Source of the DNA: Octopus sinensis
Lineage: Eukaryota
Reading direction: 5' to 3'
Assembly (NCBI RefSeq): GCF_006345805.1
Contig: NC_043006.1
Span: forward strand, 73,966,001 to 74,030,000
Length of the DNA stretch: 64,000 nt
Shown: one piece after another, positions 39,089 through 53,005 of the stretch
Layout of the letters: each line of letters begins with the position of its first letter
Numbering within the stretch: position 1 is the first letter of the stretch
Made by a program: the position numbers and the translations under genes
Notes under the pieces: model-generated
Database searches by the model: none
Told to the model about the DNA's origin: nothing
What the model saw: the letters and a program-made list of their open reading frames with translations, nothing else

Positions 39089-39450
39089 CTTCAAGGTTCA
39101 TCCAGGACTGGGACCAAGGGCCATACGTCCCCTGCCCAATTCAAGATCACAGCATACATGTACACTGCAACATAATTTCTTTTCCTCAACAGGACTTGCC
39201 CTATTTAACATTGTGCCGAAAGAGATCAAAGAGGAAAAGGATCACATCAACTTTAAACGGAGTCTGGATAGATTCCTTCAAGGAAACCAGATAATCCACC
39301 CATAATTGGATACAACTCACCCAACAAGAACTCACTACTTGAATGGACCATAAACAAAACTTGACTTAAACAGGATTCAAATAATCCTATCAGATGGTGC
39401 TATTAAGTTAGACATGGCCTGGACCAATCTTTGGTCGAAACATATCTAAG
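37955..39450 (+). mobile_element. CR1-like (CR1/L2/Jockey group) LINE, 5'-truncated, young
   Basis: RT motifs RPISFTS, QHGFR, YLDFSKAFDRVDH, GVPQGTVLGPLLF, FADDTK, RPHLEYC; C-terminus ...NSLLEW; 3' UTR stem-loop followed by (TA)n. Confidence 0.95.
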
Positions 39451-39452
39451 TT

Positions 39453-39532
<80 letters not shown>

Positions 39533-39542
<10 letters not shown>

Positions 39543-39667
39543 TATAGAAGGAGCTTCTACAGGACTAGAACTGTTTCATTCAAGAGAAATCTTCAGGAAG
39601 CTTCCTGAAGATTTCTCTGAATGAAACAGTTCTAGTCCTGTAGAAGCTCCTTCTATATAATAAATTA
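39533..39667. repeat. 135-bp palindrome with no spacer and one 1-nt bulge
   Basis: Centred on AAG|CTT at 39600/39601; arms are identical except an extra A in the left arm (CATTCAAGAG versus CATTCAGAG). Confidence 0.95.
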
Positions 39668-39732
39668 ATTTTACTCTACTATGTATTGAGTACCTTATTT
39701 ACTGTGGTTAACCCCGAATCAACCCGGGACCT

Positions 39733-40354
<622 letters not shown>

Positions 40355-41766
40355 ATGTGTATATTCTCTATATACATGCACAAGCACAGATGCACACACT
40401 CACATATGTATGTATGATTGTAGTTAGCAAGCAATGTGCCCAGAAAAATGAAAGTATTTTCCCTTTATTGTTTCATGTTAATAACATATATGCACACACA
40501 TATATATATTCACCCCCCCCACACATATATATATATATATATATATTTCTTTTTAACTTTGCCTGTATATATAAATTTCTTTTTAACTATTCCTCTCTCA
40601 ATAAGCTCCTGCTATTCTTCACATTTCACTTGAGTAATTGAATCAAAAGAACTTTTAATCTTACAAAATATGATAAGAAGTAGCTTTGGTACTGATATTT
40701 CCCCAACTTACTTCACACAAGGAACATTTACGTTTTCCCAATAGAAACTTTATTTCAAGTAGAAACTAAAGTGATGCATGGTACGTTCTTCTCGAAACAT
40801 TAACGAAAGTCATTATTGTAAAGCGATTTCTGAAAATTGCCAGTAAATATATTTAATATTACAGCTTCTGTTTTCAAAAAGCTGATATACAATACGCATG
40901 CTTTGAGAGTGCATAAAAGAAACGAGGAATGCACTTATATGTAACTTCAATATATGCACTTTTCTTAAATATATCTGCAATAGAGTTGTGAAAATTGATT
41001 TAAATCTCATGTAGATTTTGATATTAAATTTCGCATTTATTCCTCAATATGTTCTAATTAAGATAATACAGAGCAAGGAAATGCAATAAATCTAACAGAT
41101 TGTAAGGTGAATGTAATTAGGAATTTTTAAAAAAGTATCTGGCATCCATCTCAAAACTGCAAATGTAGAGTATATGATACAATGGTATTTACCAAATATT
41201 AATTTATTCGTAGATGGTGATGAATAAATGTAGAAAATATCGTAAAATATCTTAAAAAGTCAATAGAATTTTGTGGTTATTCTTTCATAAATATCACTTT
41301 TCCTTAATTAAAGACTTCGATTCTATAACTTGATTTTGAGATGAATATATTTCAAATATTGGCTTTGTATGTTTTGATTTATTATGAAAATATGAGAGAG
41401 AGAGAGAGAGACAGAGTGGCAGAGGGAAGAAAATGATGGAGAGAGAGAGAGGGGAGATGTGGAGAGAGAGAGAGGGAAGATGTGGAGAGAGAGAAAAGGG
41501 GGAAGAGAGAGGAAGTGTGAAGATCAGCGGTTTCCAATAGAACAGCAAACAAAATAATTCACAGTATTTAGTAACTGGACTTAAAGTACTTCTGGGTTGG
41601 TTTGCCTTTAATTCATGTGAACTAAAAAAACAGTAAATTCTACTGACATATTGGATATCAAATCGGCTGACTACACCGCTCTTGTGTCAATGTAAGGAGT
41701 GATAAATTCTATTAAGATTTATAATGCATCCGACAGCTAAAAAAGTCATATATATATATATATATA

Positions 41767-41879
41767 TCACCGTGACCGACCAGGCTATCAGATGTTGCTA
41801 AACATCGCTGGTCACAATGTGCTTCGCATTGTTTTAGCCTTCAAATGACGCCACTCCGCTGGCTAAGCGAGCAGGCCAA
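41767..41879 (-). mobile_element. isolated SINE-A tail 2 fragment between (TA)n tracts
   Basis: Reverse complement of about 2712-2819. Confidence 0.8.
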
Positions 41880-41917
41880 TATATATATATATAATATATA
41901 TATATATATATACACAC

Positions 41918-42290
41918 CCTTTACTTGTTTCAGTCATTTGACTGTAGCCATGCTGGAGCACTGCCTTTAGTCGAGCAAATCGACCACAGGATTTATCCTT
42001 TGTAAGCCTAGTACTTATTCTATCGGTCTCTATTGCCAAACCGCTAAGTTACGGGGACGTAAACACACCAACATCGGTTGCCAAGCGATGTTGGGAGGAC
42101 AAACAGAAACATACATATATATATATACATATATACGACGGACTTCTTTCAGTTTCCGTCTACCACTCACAAGGCTTTGGTCGGTCCGAGACTATAGTAG
42201 AAGACACTTGCCGAAGGTGCCATGCAGTGGGACTGAACCTGGAACCATGTGGTTCGTAAGCAAGTTACTTACCACACAGCCACTCCTACA
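41918..42290 (-). mobile_element. SINE group B, full length
   Basis: Aligns end to end with 578-1005. Confidence 0.9.
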
Positions 42291-42294
42291 CCTT

Positions 42295-42340
<46 letters not shown>

Positions 42341-43574
42341 TTCATCCGCGTATGTACTTTATGTTGCGCATCGGGAAGAATAGTAGCGTGCATCACAGGT
42401 CAACAACAGAATAGACTTTTGTTTCATATCATTGCTAAAAGTTTAAATACAAAGGTGCTTTTCTGATTAAACGCAGAGCAAATATCTGAAGGCGATTTCT
42501 TCGTACAGCAATACCTTTAAAGTTTTCTTGCTGGCTATATATCGTTCAAAGGGATACAGGCACTTATACATACAGGCACACACATAGTTATACTGATACA
42601 CACACACACATGTTGTTTAGAATTACACTTAGCCATAGTAGTACAAATAACCAGTTGTTTGAAATCAATATATTTATGCTTCACAGTATTAGTTAGATCT
42701 GATATGATAATACTTAAGATTCGAACAAGGATTGCCGTAGGTATAGTTCCCTAAAGAATAAATAGTACTGCAAAATAAAGTAGTCTTTTTGCTTATGAGA
42801 AACAACAAGTCTTCTATTATATGTAATATATATATAAATAATTCCGAAGCAATATTGCTTTAGGCATCACCTTTGTTGGCGTCACAGTACAGAATTTTAT
42901 TTGTAAGTTGATTCAAAGAAAGATATTTTAATATAGTTTCCTCTCCCTATAGTATTTTACAGTCTTATACAACCATGCGATTTGAAAGATATAAACTAGC
43001 GCCAATTCTCTTTATTTGTACAGTCTCTGTATTGCATATGTTGGAGAATTACATATTTTCCATTCTATGTAATTGCATTTAAGTGACAGAATCATCAAGA
43101 ATGAACTACCTTTCCGAAAATCGAAGCTTAGTTGTATTGACGAGAAAAATGTATATTAAGAATCCGGAAGTATGGGAATTATTCTGCGTTTTTCAGAGTG
43201 TAACTCAAAGAACATAAAACAAGTCATAAATGTAGAAGGTATCAATAAAATTAGGAGAAATTGCCGGAAATATGGAGTTACTGTATCGGTTCATGTGAAT
43301 CAGGCTAGTGCATCAAACTGTGCATTACTTATGGTGAGAATCATGTGAGAAGTCAATTAATGTCCTGCAAATCATATGATTCTGGAGATGTTTATTTTTT
43401 TAGTTCACTTTGAATTAAAACAATTTTGGATTACCTTGATAACGATGTGTTAACATATATTCTCGGATATACTAATATGACTGATATTTTTTGTATCTAA
43501 ATACTGGCAAAACAGACCCTATCGTGTAACCACCAATTAACGATGGGATTTTCTCCATTCTCATTCTTGTTGAT

Positions 43575-43595
43575 ATATGTATGTATATATATATA

Positions 43596-43639
<44 letters not shown>

Positions 43640-43828
43640 GTATGTATATATATGTATATATATATATGTATATATATATATGTATATATATATGTATATA
43701 TATATGTATATGTATGTATATATATATGTATATATATATTTATACATTCATACATACATATATATATATATATTATATATATATATATATAATATATATA
43801 TACATACATACATATATATATATATATC

Positions 43829-43860
<32 letters not shown>

Positions 43861-43998
43861 TATACATATATATATATATACATACCTATACTCATATATA
43901 CACATACATACACACACACACACATATATATATATATTATATATATATACATATATATATATACATACCTATACTCATACATACATATACACATACAT

Positions 43999-44079
<81 letters not shown>

Positions 44080-44080
44080 G
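43575..44080. repeat. (TA)n-rich compound microsatellite, ~500 bp
   Basis: Seen directly; internal duplication of ATACCTATACTCATA. Confidence 0.95.
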
Positions 44081-44289
44081 AGTTTGCAGGTATATATTAT
44101 CCGGGCGGATACTGTATTAACTCTCATATATACATATGTCGTACGTGTCTTTAATACAGGAATATAAAGCTTAACTTGAACACATGGATAAAATGCAGAG
44201 CGTTGGATCTTATTTCAATTTGTCTATTTCACCTTTGTTAGTAATCACCAAATGATATATCAAATTGAACTGACTATATTAGTTTCAAT

Positions 44290-44445
44290 TTTTGGCACAA
44301 TGCTAGTAATTTGTGTGGGTGAAGGTTAGTCGGTTGCATCGACCCCATTGCCCGACTGGTACTTATTTTATCGGCCCCGAAAAGTTGAAAGACAAATTCG
44401 ACTTAGACGGAATTTGATCTCAGAATGTAAAAACGGACGAAGTGT
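44290..44445 (-). mobile_element. SINE group C, diverged
   Basis: GGTACTTATTTTATCGGCCCCGAAAAG central block. Confidence 0.65.
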
Positions 44446-46185
44446 ATGTTGAAAATGTTATTCTTTGATACTAAATTATTGAATACTAAAATTATTGAAA
44501 ATATGCAATTTCACTTTTGTATCCAGACTATACGGCCAAACGGTATAGAAAGACTGTTAAGAGTTAGCATGAATTGGTGCGAAAACTAGAAGCAGTTGAG
44601 CGTACAGAGAAAGAGGCTGAGGGTTGAGGGAGTCAAACATAAAGGAAAGAAAGTTTAAAAAAGAGGTTACAGGAAAGGAATCTTATACTCCCTCTCTCTC
44701 TGGTCTGTATGTCGAATCGATGTACTGATATATGCAAGGACATAAGCGACACATACATATTCACACATATCCAGTCTCTATATCGCATGTAATATATCCA
44801 CTCTATTTCTTGAAAATGCGTGCAATTATATAATTACATCAGATAAATAATATAGATTGATGGGGATTTAGGTAAATGAAAATAAGACATTTAGGTTAAT
44901 GTAAATAACAGAAGTTTACTTTTTTTTCAAATAGCTATTTAGATATCTCAACGCCATTTATACAATCATTCTTTAATAGTAAAGTATAATTTAGAAATAC
45001 GTAAAACAGGTAACACGCGTATTGTTATCAGAGTTCATTGAAAAGTGTCATTCTGAAGAGGCTCTGTAGCTTTTCTGAATGTTAAAAGTAAACTTTTAGT
45101 TGTCAAGAGTACGCCGAAAACTGCTAATAATGTCTAAGAACTTTTATATTACACAAAAGATGTCCGAAGAACAATATAGAAAACTAGCAGGACATTTTCT
45201 ACGTACTGTTCTTTGTCAGTTGTGTCAGTAAAAGCATTGGAAGTGTGCCACGCAATATTAATACGTAACATACATCCAAATAACTATAGCGCAGAATCAG
45301 AAAACGATTTATATTCGGTAAAGATGGCTAAGAATTGCTGGAATCTCTCAGCTTGTGAACATGAGAGATATAGTCACGAAAGAATTCTAAAGAACCTCGG
45401 TAAAGTTTTAAATCTCTGTACATGTTTATGTCTGTAGATAAGCTAAAATATTCTCTTGATGAAATTTGTTCTTCAGCAATGAAACTGACTTGAATTTTTT
45501 AGTAGGATGACTAATACGATACAAGATAGTACAAAATAATGTGGAACTATCTATGAAATGGTCTTAGAGATATGATATTTGAATACAGCTGAATACTGGG
45601 TTCTTAAAATAATTTTTTTTTTTACTAAGACGATACACATTTTACTCGGAAGAGTTTATGGCGACTTGAAAATATTTGGTATATTGTGTTACAATTTCTT
45701 TTTAGAGGTTCATGTAGTCTCGAACTGGCTTAGGCACCAACTCAATCCCCTCAGCTTTTATCTAACGAAATATTTAGAATGGTTCAATTGGATAAACAAA
45801 ATTGGATATTTGGAATCAGTTATTTTTGGCACACTTAACGTATGGAACCGCATTACGTAGTAGAATCGGAGAAACATTGGAAAAAAGAACACGTTATGGT
45901 ATTTGGTTATACCATGTACGTTCTGCAAATGATTCTTTTGAAAGCTGACTTGACTTCTGGTTCTCTGAGATTGATAAAATATGTTCCGGTCGATAAAATA
46001 AGTATTAGGATCTATATATTCGCCTATTCTCTTCAAAGTGTTGTCTCTAATACAACCTGAGTCCAATGGCTGTAGCCAGTAAAATGATGAACAATAGAAC
46101 ATGTTTCACTAAAATTGATGCAATTGCTATAGATTTGAAGGAATACTTGAATTAACTGTCTTTATAACTTAACTAAATTGCGTGA

Positions 46186-46455
46186 AAGCGCGTAGCTTAG
46201 TGGTTAGGGCATTCGACTCAGGATTGTAAGGTTGTGAGTTCAATTCCCGGCGACGCTTTGTGCCCTTGAGCAAAACCTTGTTTCACGTTGCTCCAGATCA
46301 TCAGCTGGCAAAAATGAGTAGTACCTGTAGTCCAAAAGACCAGCCTTGTCACACTCCTTGTCACGCTGAATCACCCTGAGAATTACATTAGGGGTAAATG
46401 TGTCTGTGGATTGCCCAGACACTTGCACATTAATTTCACGAGCAAGCTTTACCGT
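46186..46455 (+). mobile_element. tRNA-derived SINE, group A (head 2 + tail 1), diverged
   Basis: A box TAGCTTAGTGG, B box GAGTTCAATTCC; matches 13853-14176. Confidence 0.85.
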
Positions 46456-46866
46456 TAATTTAAATTGCAGTGTTAATAGAAGGGGTGGCGCCTATGAACA
46501 TTTTCAGCATCCCGAAAATTGAAGATCGGTAGGGAGACATTTATTTTCAGGTGGGACACTTGGATAAAATGTTCGCATTAGAGCAACCTCCTCTATGATG
46601 CCAAACAAAAACCCCATGAAGTGATGTTGAATTTGGTGATGTTTAAGCCTATCACGAATGTATATAAACGCTTCCTACGATGGCTTCTATCAAATTTCAC
46701 TCAAAAGATTTTAATCGACCCGACCCTGTGCAAATGATAAGGAAGCTACTCTGATTACATGCAGTTGTTTTATTTCTGTTTCAATTTAAAAGTCAACAGT
46801 ATAAATGATACAATCGAAACTGAGCCGTAAACGACTAACGCTTAAATATAAAATATTAACGATGTA

Positions 46867-47640
46867 CGAGAGGTCTTCATTAAAGGTTTTCATTATCGCA
46901 GGAAACGGAACTTGTACAGGTATAATTGTACATGTATCTACATGTCACATTGTAAATTGCAGCTTTCCACTAATATTTGTTCGTCTTTTACGGGTGCTGA
47001 AGTTGACTAAGATGATATAACGGAGGTAGTTGAATGCAGATCAGCGATCAGGTTCTTATACTTGAAAGGTCGTACACCAAAAATGACTTTAGATGAGACG
47101 AAAAAGGTTTATGGTGACGATGCATTATCATACGAAGTAGTCAAGCAATAGCATCGCCAGTTTAAATGTAGTCAGGGTAGAGAGTTAGGGTTAGGGAAAC
47201 TGCTCGTATTCCACATTCTGCCATTGATGATGACACCATCCATAAAGTGGAAGCCGCGATTTTGGAGGATTGCCGTATAACTATTCGGTAGCTAGCCCAA
47301 GAAGTGAAGATACATGTAGAGTTCGTGGAAAAAAATCATTCATGACCATTTGCACATGCCGAAATTGTCTGCACGATAGACTCCCCAGATGATCACACCT
47401 GTTTAGAAGCAGGAATGAGTCAATTGCTCCCAGGCTCTTTTGGCAAGGTGCCAAGAAAACGAGGAAGACATTTCGGCAGACTTATCACAAAGAATGATAC
47501 ATGGGTCCATCACTATGGTCTTGAGATTAAAGTCCAACCGAAGCAACGAAAACATGATAACTCACCACCTCCAAAGCAGGCTCGTGTCCAATCCTCATTC
47601 AACAGGCATGGGGATGCTCGGTCTTTTGGGCTCGGCGCAA
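46867..47640 (+). mobile_element. mariner (irritans/Himar1-like) 5' relic with decayed transposase
   Basis: TA + CGAGAGGTCTTCATTAAAGG TIR-like start; 47033-47640 reads RSAIRFLYLKG...VYGDDALSY...EDCRITIR...IIHDHLHMPKLSAR...RLITKNDTWVHHY...PPPKQARVQ with stops and frameshifts. Confidence 0.85.
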
Positions 47641-47889
47641 AGTAGTGGGGATGGATTTTCTAGGAAATGCTTATATATATAAAAACCTGGAATTTCACCT
47701 TAGTAAAGAAAAGAGAGTTTGGAGCGACTCATATAGTTGTCATTTTAAGGCTTCATATTTTTAACCATTGTGTTGTAAATCATCTTTTTTATTAAGCAGG
47801 GGGCTATTTTATCGAATATTTCCTGAGAGGAGGAGAGAATAGTTATCCTATTATTGGTATTAGCTATAAGGCGTCTGGTGGGAAGAGAA

Positions 47890-48200
47890 AACGACTGTTT
47901 ATATATAACACGACAGTTTTTCACTGGGGCATTATTACAAGTTTAGCTTTAGGGAAGCATCCAAGAATTTGACTTTAGAGCTGTTATGCTTACAATGATT
48001 CTGAGGCCTAATTGACTAGATGTATTCATCAGATTTTTCCTAAATTTATCAATTGGATATCCATCACAATCATAAAATATGTCTAAACCATCGTCGCGGT
48101 ATAAACCTATGTCATGGCACGGGCTTTCGTGCATTTTGGACCAATCAGATTTTTTCACAATGCATTCGTTTGCCCATTGTAAAATATACATTCTCATGAT
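47890..48200 (-). mobile_element. Penelope-like RT relic, GLYRDDGL type
   Basis: DIGLYRDDGLDIF...IDKFRKNLM...LGLRII, then VKFLDASLKL after a frameshift. Confidence 0.75.
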
Positions 48201-49197
48201 TCCGCATTGTAAAACTTCATCCAAACTCATGTGTTTTTAAAGTGAACATTGTAACCACAAACATGCCTGCGACTCTTTATTAAATTGTTCAATGAAAACT
48301 AGAAATCATAATGGCATAGATATCGAAGTGTCTTTTATGTATAATATACTCTTCTACTTTCTTTCTTTTTTCATTTATTCTGTTTATGTCTTTCTCCCTC
48401 TCTTAGTCACTCTCGCTCCCTCCCCCTCTCTCTTTCATTTCCACAATGCTCTACCGCAACTGTCCACTCTCGAGCTATGAAAAAAGCATTTATATGGTTG
48501 CTCTATCTGTTAGATACAACAGTCTAGTCTCCCGAAATCAACCTTCTATCCCTTCTGTTCTCTCTTTTAGAATGAAAAGTCACACATTAGGTAACATGAT
48601 GCTAGATGCTCCTAAAATATCGAAATCATCATAGCAGGAATACATATGATTATAAATATTTTGACTGTTGATCTAAATCTTAATGAGAGCAACTATAATA
48701 GTTTTAAAATGTGAAATGTAGACGAGAGATGAAAAAAACAAAAACGTTTATATTGTAATCAATGTGTCTGCATCTCTTGAAAATACATTTACATCTTAAT
48801 GAACCGATTCAACAAAATTTCAATAGGCGACATTATAAAATACAAATCAAAGATGTAACAGGAGTTCAAAATAAATAGATTCAGAATATATACATTTTTC
48901 AAACACTGTCAAATTGGTGTTAGAGCGTAGGACAAAATAACTCACTTTATATTTTCTGACTTTCTATTCTATGAGTTCAGTTCAAATCCCATTGAGACCA
49001 ACTCTTTGTTTTGGGATGGATAACAACAAACAAAAATATAACCGAAGTTGAGGGCTTTGGCGAATCAATAACAATGTTTGACCAGATTCCTCGCGGGTCC
49101 GTGCATTTGTAGTTTAAATTCCACCATGGCTTACTTGGTCGGTAGACACAATCCGTAGCCAAAATAATACCGCCCTGGTCTTCGTTAGTCGTAAAAT

Positions 49198-49545
49198 CTA
49201 TCAACCATATGGTTCTGTGTTCAGTCCCACTGCGTGGCACCTTGGGCAAGTGTCTCTCTACTATACCCTCGGGCCGACCAAAGCCTGGTGAATGGATTTG
49301 GTAGACGGAAACTGAAAGAAGCCCGTCGCATATATGTATATATATATGTGTTTGTCCACCCCCCAACATCGCTTGGCAACCGATGCTGGTGTGTTTATGT
49401 CCCCGTAACTTAGCTGTTCAGCAAAAAAAACCGATAGAATAAGTACTAGACTTACAAAGAATAAGTTCTGGGGGTCGATTTGCTCGACTAAAGGCGGTGC
49501 TCTAGCATGGCTGCAGTCAAATGACTGAAACAAGTAAAAGAGTAC
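49198..49545 (+). mobile_element. SINE group B, 5'-truncated
   Basis: Core, short microsatellite and complete tail ...CATGGCTGCAGTCAAATGACTGAAACAAGTAAAAGAG. Confidence 0.9.
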
Positions 49546-50473
49546 CTTTCAGCCATATTCTACCTCTGACACATAGACACGCTGGTAGATTCTCACACAT
49601 ACACACACACACACGCATGCATTCAAATACTCCCGGTTGCAGTCGATTGCACTTAATACATGTCTTAATTTTGTTGCTTCCTCAACCTGCCTCATACTCA
49701 CCCTTGAAGATAATAATGTTTTGGAGTCAAAGAAACACTCGTTGTCACGTACCTTATTACCTGGGTTTAGCACAATACATTTTCAGAAGCCCGATATATG
49801 ACTGGTTTTATCCCTTATTTTTAACTCATCCAATGTTTTACTTTTGACGGTTCCACGAATAGCTTTCTGGAGCCTAGTTGACTAAATATAAACACATGTA
49901 CGCCGAGCAATGATCTCAGTGAACATAAAACCAATGATATTCAACATTTCCAATTCTGAAACTGATAAGCACATTCACTCACATGCTCTTTAAAAGGTAA
50001 TGGTAATATTAGCACAGATAAATTTATCTCGCCATACAAACATCAACATGATATTAATTTATTTTGGGTGTGAAAATTAAACACAATAAATCTTTTGTTA
50101 ACAGTGTTTCTCTTATTAGCTCATCTACAGTCCATGAAATGTTGCTAAGATACAGTTCTAGATATTTCATATTTGTTTCGTCTAGATTAGTCCATAAGTA
50201 GTTTAAGACCAATTTCCCAGTTTGTCCGACATATAAGTTCCTCTCCTGGATGGCACGCCATCCGTCGTAGGATTACTAAATTTTACCAGTTGAGTGGACT
50301 AGATAAACGTGAAAGGAATTGTTGTGCTCAAGAGCACGTTGCATCTCCCAGTCTTACGATCGTGGGTCCAACACGCGATATTTCATATTTACATTCTTAA
50401 AAAAAAATCTTGAACTGGCCCTATAAAAGAACATTGAACTTTGACAGTAAATTTCTTTATCCACCTCAAAACT

Positions 50474-50712
50474 GTTTACTCTTTTACTCTTTTATTTGTT
50501 TCACTCATTTGACTGTGGTCATGCTGGAGCACCACCTTCAGCCGATCAAATCGACCCCAGGATTTATACTTTGTAAGCCTAGTACTTAGTGTGTCGGCCT
50601 CTATTTGGCGAACCGTCAAGTTACGGAGATGTAAACGCACTAGCATCTATTGTCAAGTGATGTTGAGGGGACAAACACAGGCACACAAACATATACACAC
50701 ACACACACACAC

Positions 50713-50789
<77 letters not shown>

Positions 50790-50960
50790 GCATATATACG
50801 ACGGGCTTCTTTCAGTTTCAGTCTACCAAATCCACTCACAAGGCTTTGGTCGGTCCAAGGCTATAGTAGAAGACACTTGCCCAAGGGGGCACGCAGTGGG
50901 ACTGAACCCGGAACCATGTGGTTTGCAAGCAAGCCGCTTACCACACAGCCACTCCTACGC
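50474..50960 (-). mobile_element. SINE group B, full length with expanded internal (TA)n
   Basis: Aligns with 578-1005. Confidence 0.9.
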
Positions 50961-51954
50961 CTGTACGCTGTTTGTGAAGAATATATTAATCGTTCATACA
51001 GGAAATTGTCTGCATAATCGCAGAAAACATTTTCTACTACAACATATGATGACAATCCATGATGTAAAATTTACTGTGGCATTATTCTCCCTTTAAGATA
51101 TTTCAAGATCTAGTTTATTTATATGATAAAAAGAAACTATATATAACTAGTTTTTATTGATTTATGAGCAAACAGTTTAAACTTTCCGAAACATCAAACA
51201 ACGATGTATTTTGATAATGTATAGTATTAAAAATAAAATATAATGAAATAAAAAGTTGAATCTGAAAATGTTCTCTTTTAAATCTACTGCAAGTTAATAC
51301 TTCCACCATCATTTTCCTTTTATGTGATTTGAATAATAGTTTTAACATTACTGCCCCGAAGTGTACCTTTTCACTTGTGACTCTGCTGGATAGCGGATAT
51401 ATGTTCTTCATTTATTTTATTCATTATGTTATCATAAATTAATTTTTCTAATAAATATTCGTCAGCACAATTATCTTGAAACACATGAGAATGTGATAGC
51501 ATTTTTGTAACAAGAAATAGAGAATTTTAATTAAATAAATGAGATAAAATCTATACTACTAAATTTTGAATTGTATAGTTGGAAATAAAGTGTAGCTCAT
51601 AAATATCGATATTTACTGATCCATAGAAAGTACAAGCATCATTGTCTCCATCATTTATTCATCTGTTGGTAAGAACCTGTTTCATTATTTGATTTTCTTA
51701 AAACTGGTGGTTAAAAAATTAGTGACGACCCTGATGTAAATACAATTTTAATACCCCACTTCAATATCGCTGAGTCCCTGAAAGAAATATAAAGAGAGAA
51801 AAAGGAGGAGGAGAAAACGGTGCAAATTAGTTGGTTGTTACTTTATCAATTCTGAAGGGAGTTTGAACTTAGAAAGCAGAAAATGGGAACAATATTGGGA
51901 ATTCTAACGAATTTGAACACATAGCTTACAAATATCATTCGCATAAAACATATT

Positions 51955-52368
51955 TTTTTTACTACCTACAAGGGGCTAAACACAGAGGGGACAAAATAGG
52001 ACAGACAAACGGATTAAGTCGATTACATCGACCCCACTGCGTAACTGGTACTTTAATTTATCGACTCCGAAAGGATGAAAGGCAAAGTCGACCTCGGCGG
52101 AATTTGAACCCAGACGTAACGGCAGACGAAATACGTATTTCTTTACTGCCCACAAGGGGCTAAACACAGAGGGGACAAACAAGGACAGACAAACGGATTA
52201 AGTCGATTATATCGACCCCAGTGCGTTACTGGTACTTAATTGATCGACCCCGAAAGGATGAAAGGCAAAGTCAACCTCAGCGGAATTTGAACTCAGTACG
52301 TAGCGCCAGACGAAATACGACTAAGCATTTCGCCCGGTGTGCTAACGTTTCTGCCAGCTCGCCGCCTT
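51955..52368 (-). mobile_element. SINE group C dimer (head + two ~184-bp units)
   Basis: Head at 52368-52311, junction at 52127-52140, second unit to about 51955. Confidence 0.9.
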
Positions 52369-52968
52369 CATTCGCACAAAATAGTTTACGTTGACATGAA
52401 GGAAGTTTACGTGATTGAAAATATAAAGAGACAAACCGTTTCCACTTGATGCTTTTATTAAACAGACGCAGGTTAAGCCTCATTAAAGAGAACTATAATA
52501 AAAGAAGTCCCTTCCATCGATGGCTGTTTTGTTTTTCAAATATCCAGACAACGTTACCTCGGATCTTCTCCATTAAAAGACAGCAGAGTGATTATAGATT
52601 GAGAGATGACTGCTATTTCTAGCATATTGTGTAAACGTGTTACCTTAATGGTTCTTGATCCTGCATGTTGTTGTTGCTGTTATTGATATGTAGCATAGTT
52701 CAATCCATATCCTGGAGAATTCTGATTAGACATTCCAGCTACGATTATTCCAACCTTTTATGTATAGTTTATTTCGGACGATATTAAAATTATGTAATCT
52801 CCCTTTTTTTTAAAAGATTGTAGAACGTAATTTGAGATAGATGTGGTTACTGTTTCTAGCAGGTCGAGTAACTTTGCAGAAATATCCTCACTGTTTTATA
52901 TTCACTTGTGCCATAATGTAACGTATATGTAGATATTTTGTATTCATAGACTCTGAACAATATATAGC

Positions 52969-53005
<37 letters not shown>

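Noticed and set aside
45579-46102. Overlapping 70-114 aa ORFs in unique sequence
   Set aside because: No motifs, inconsistent frames and no splice support.
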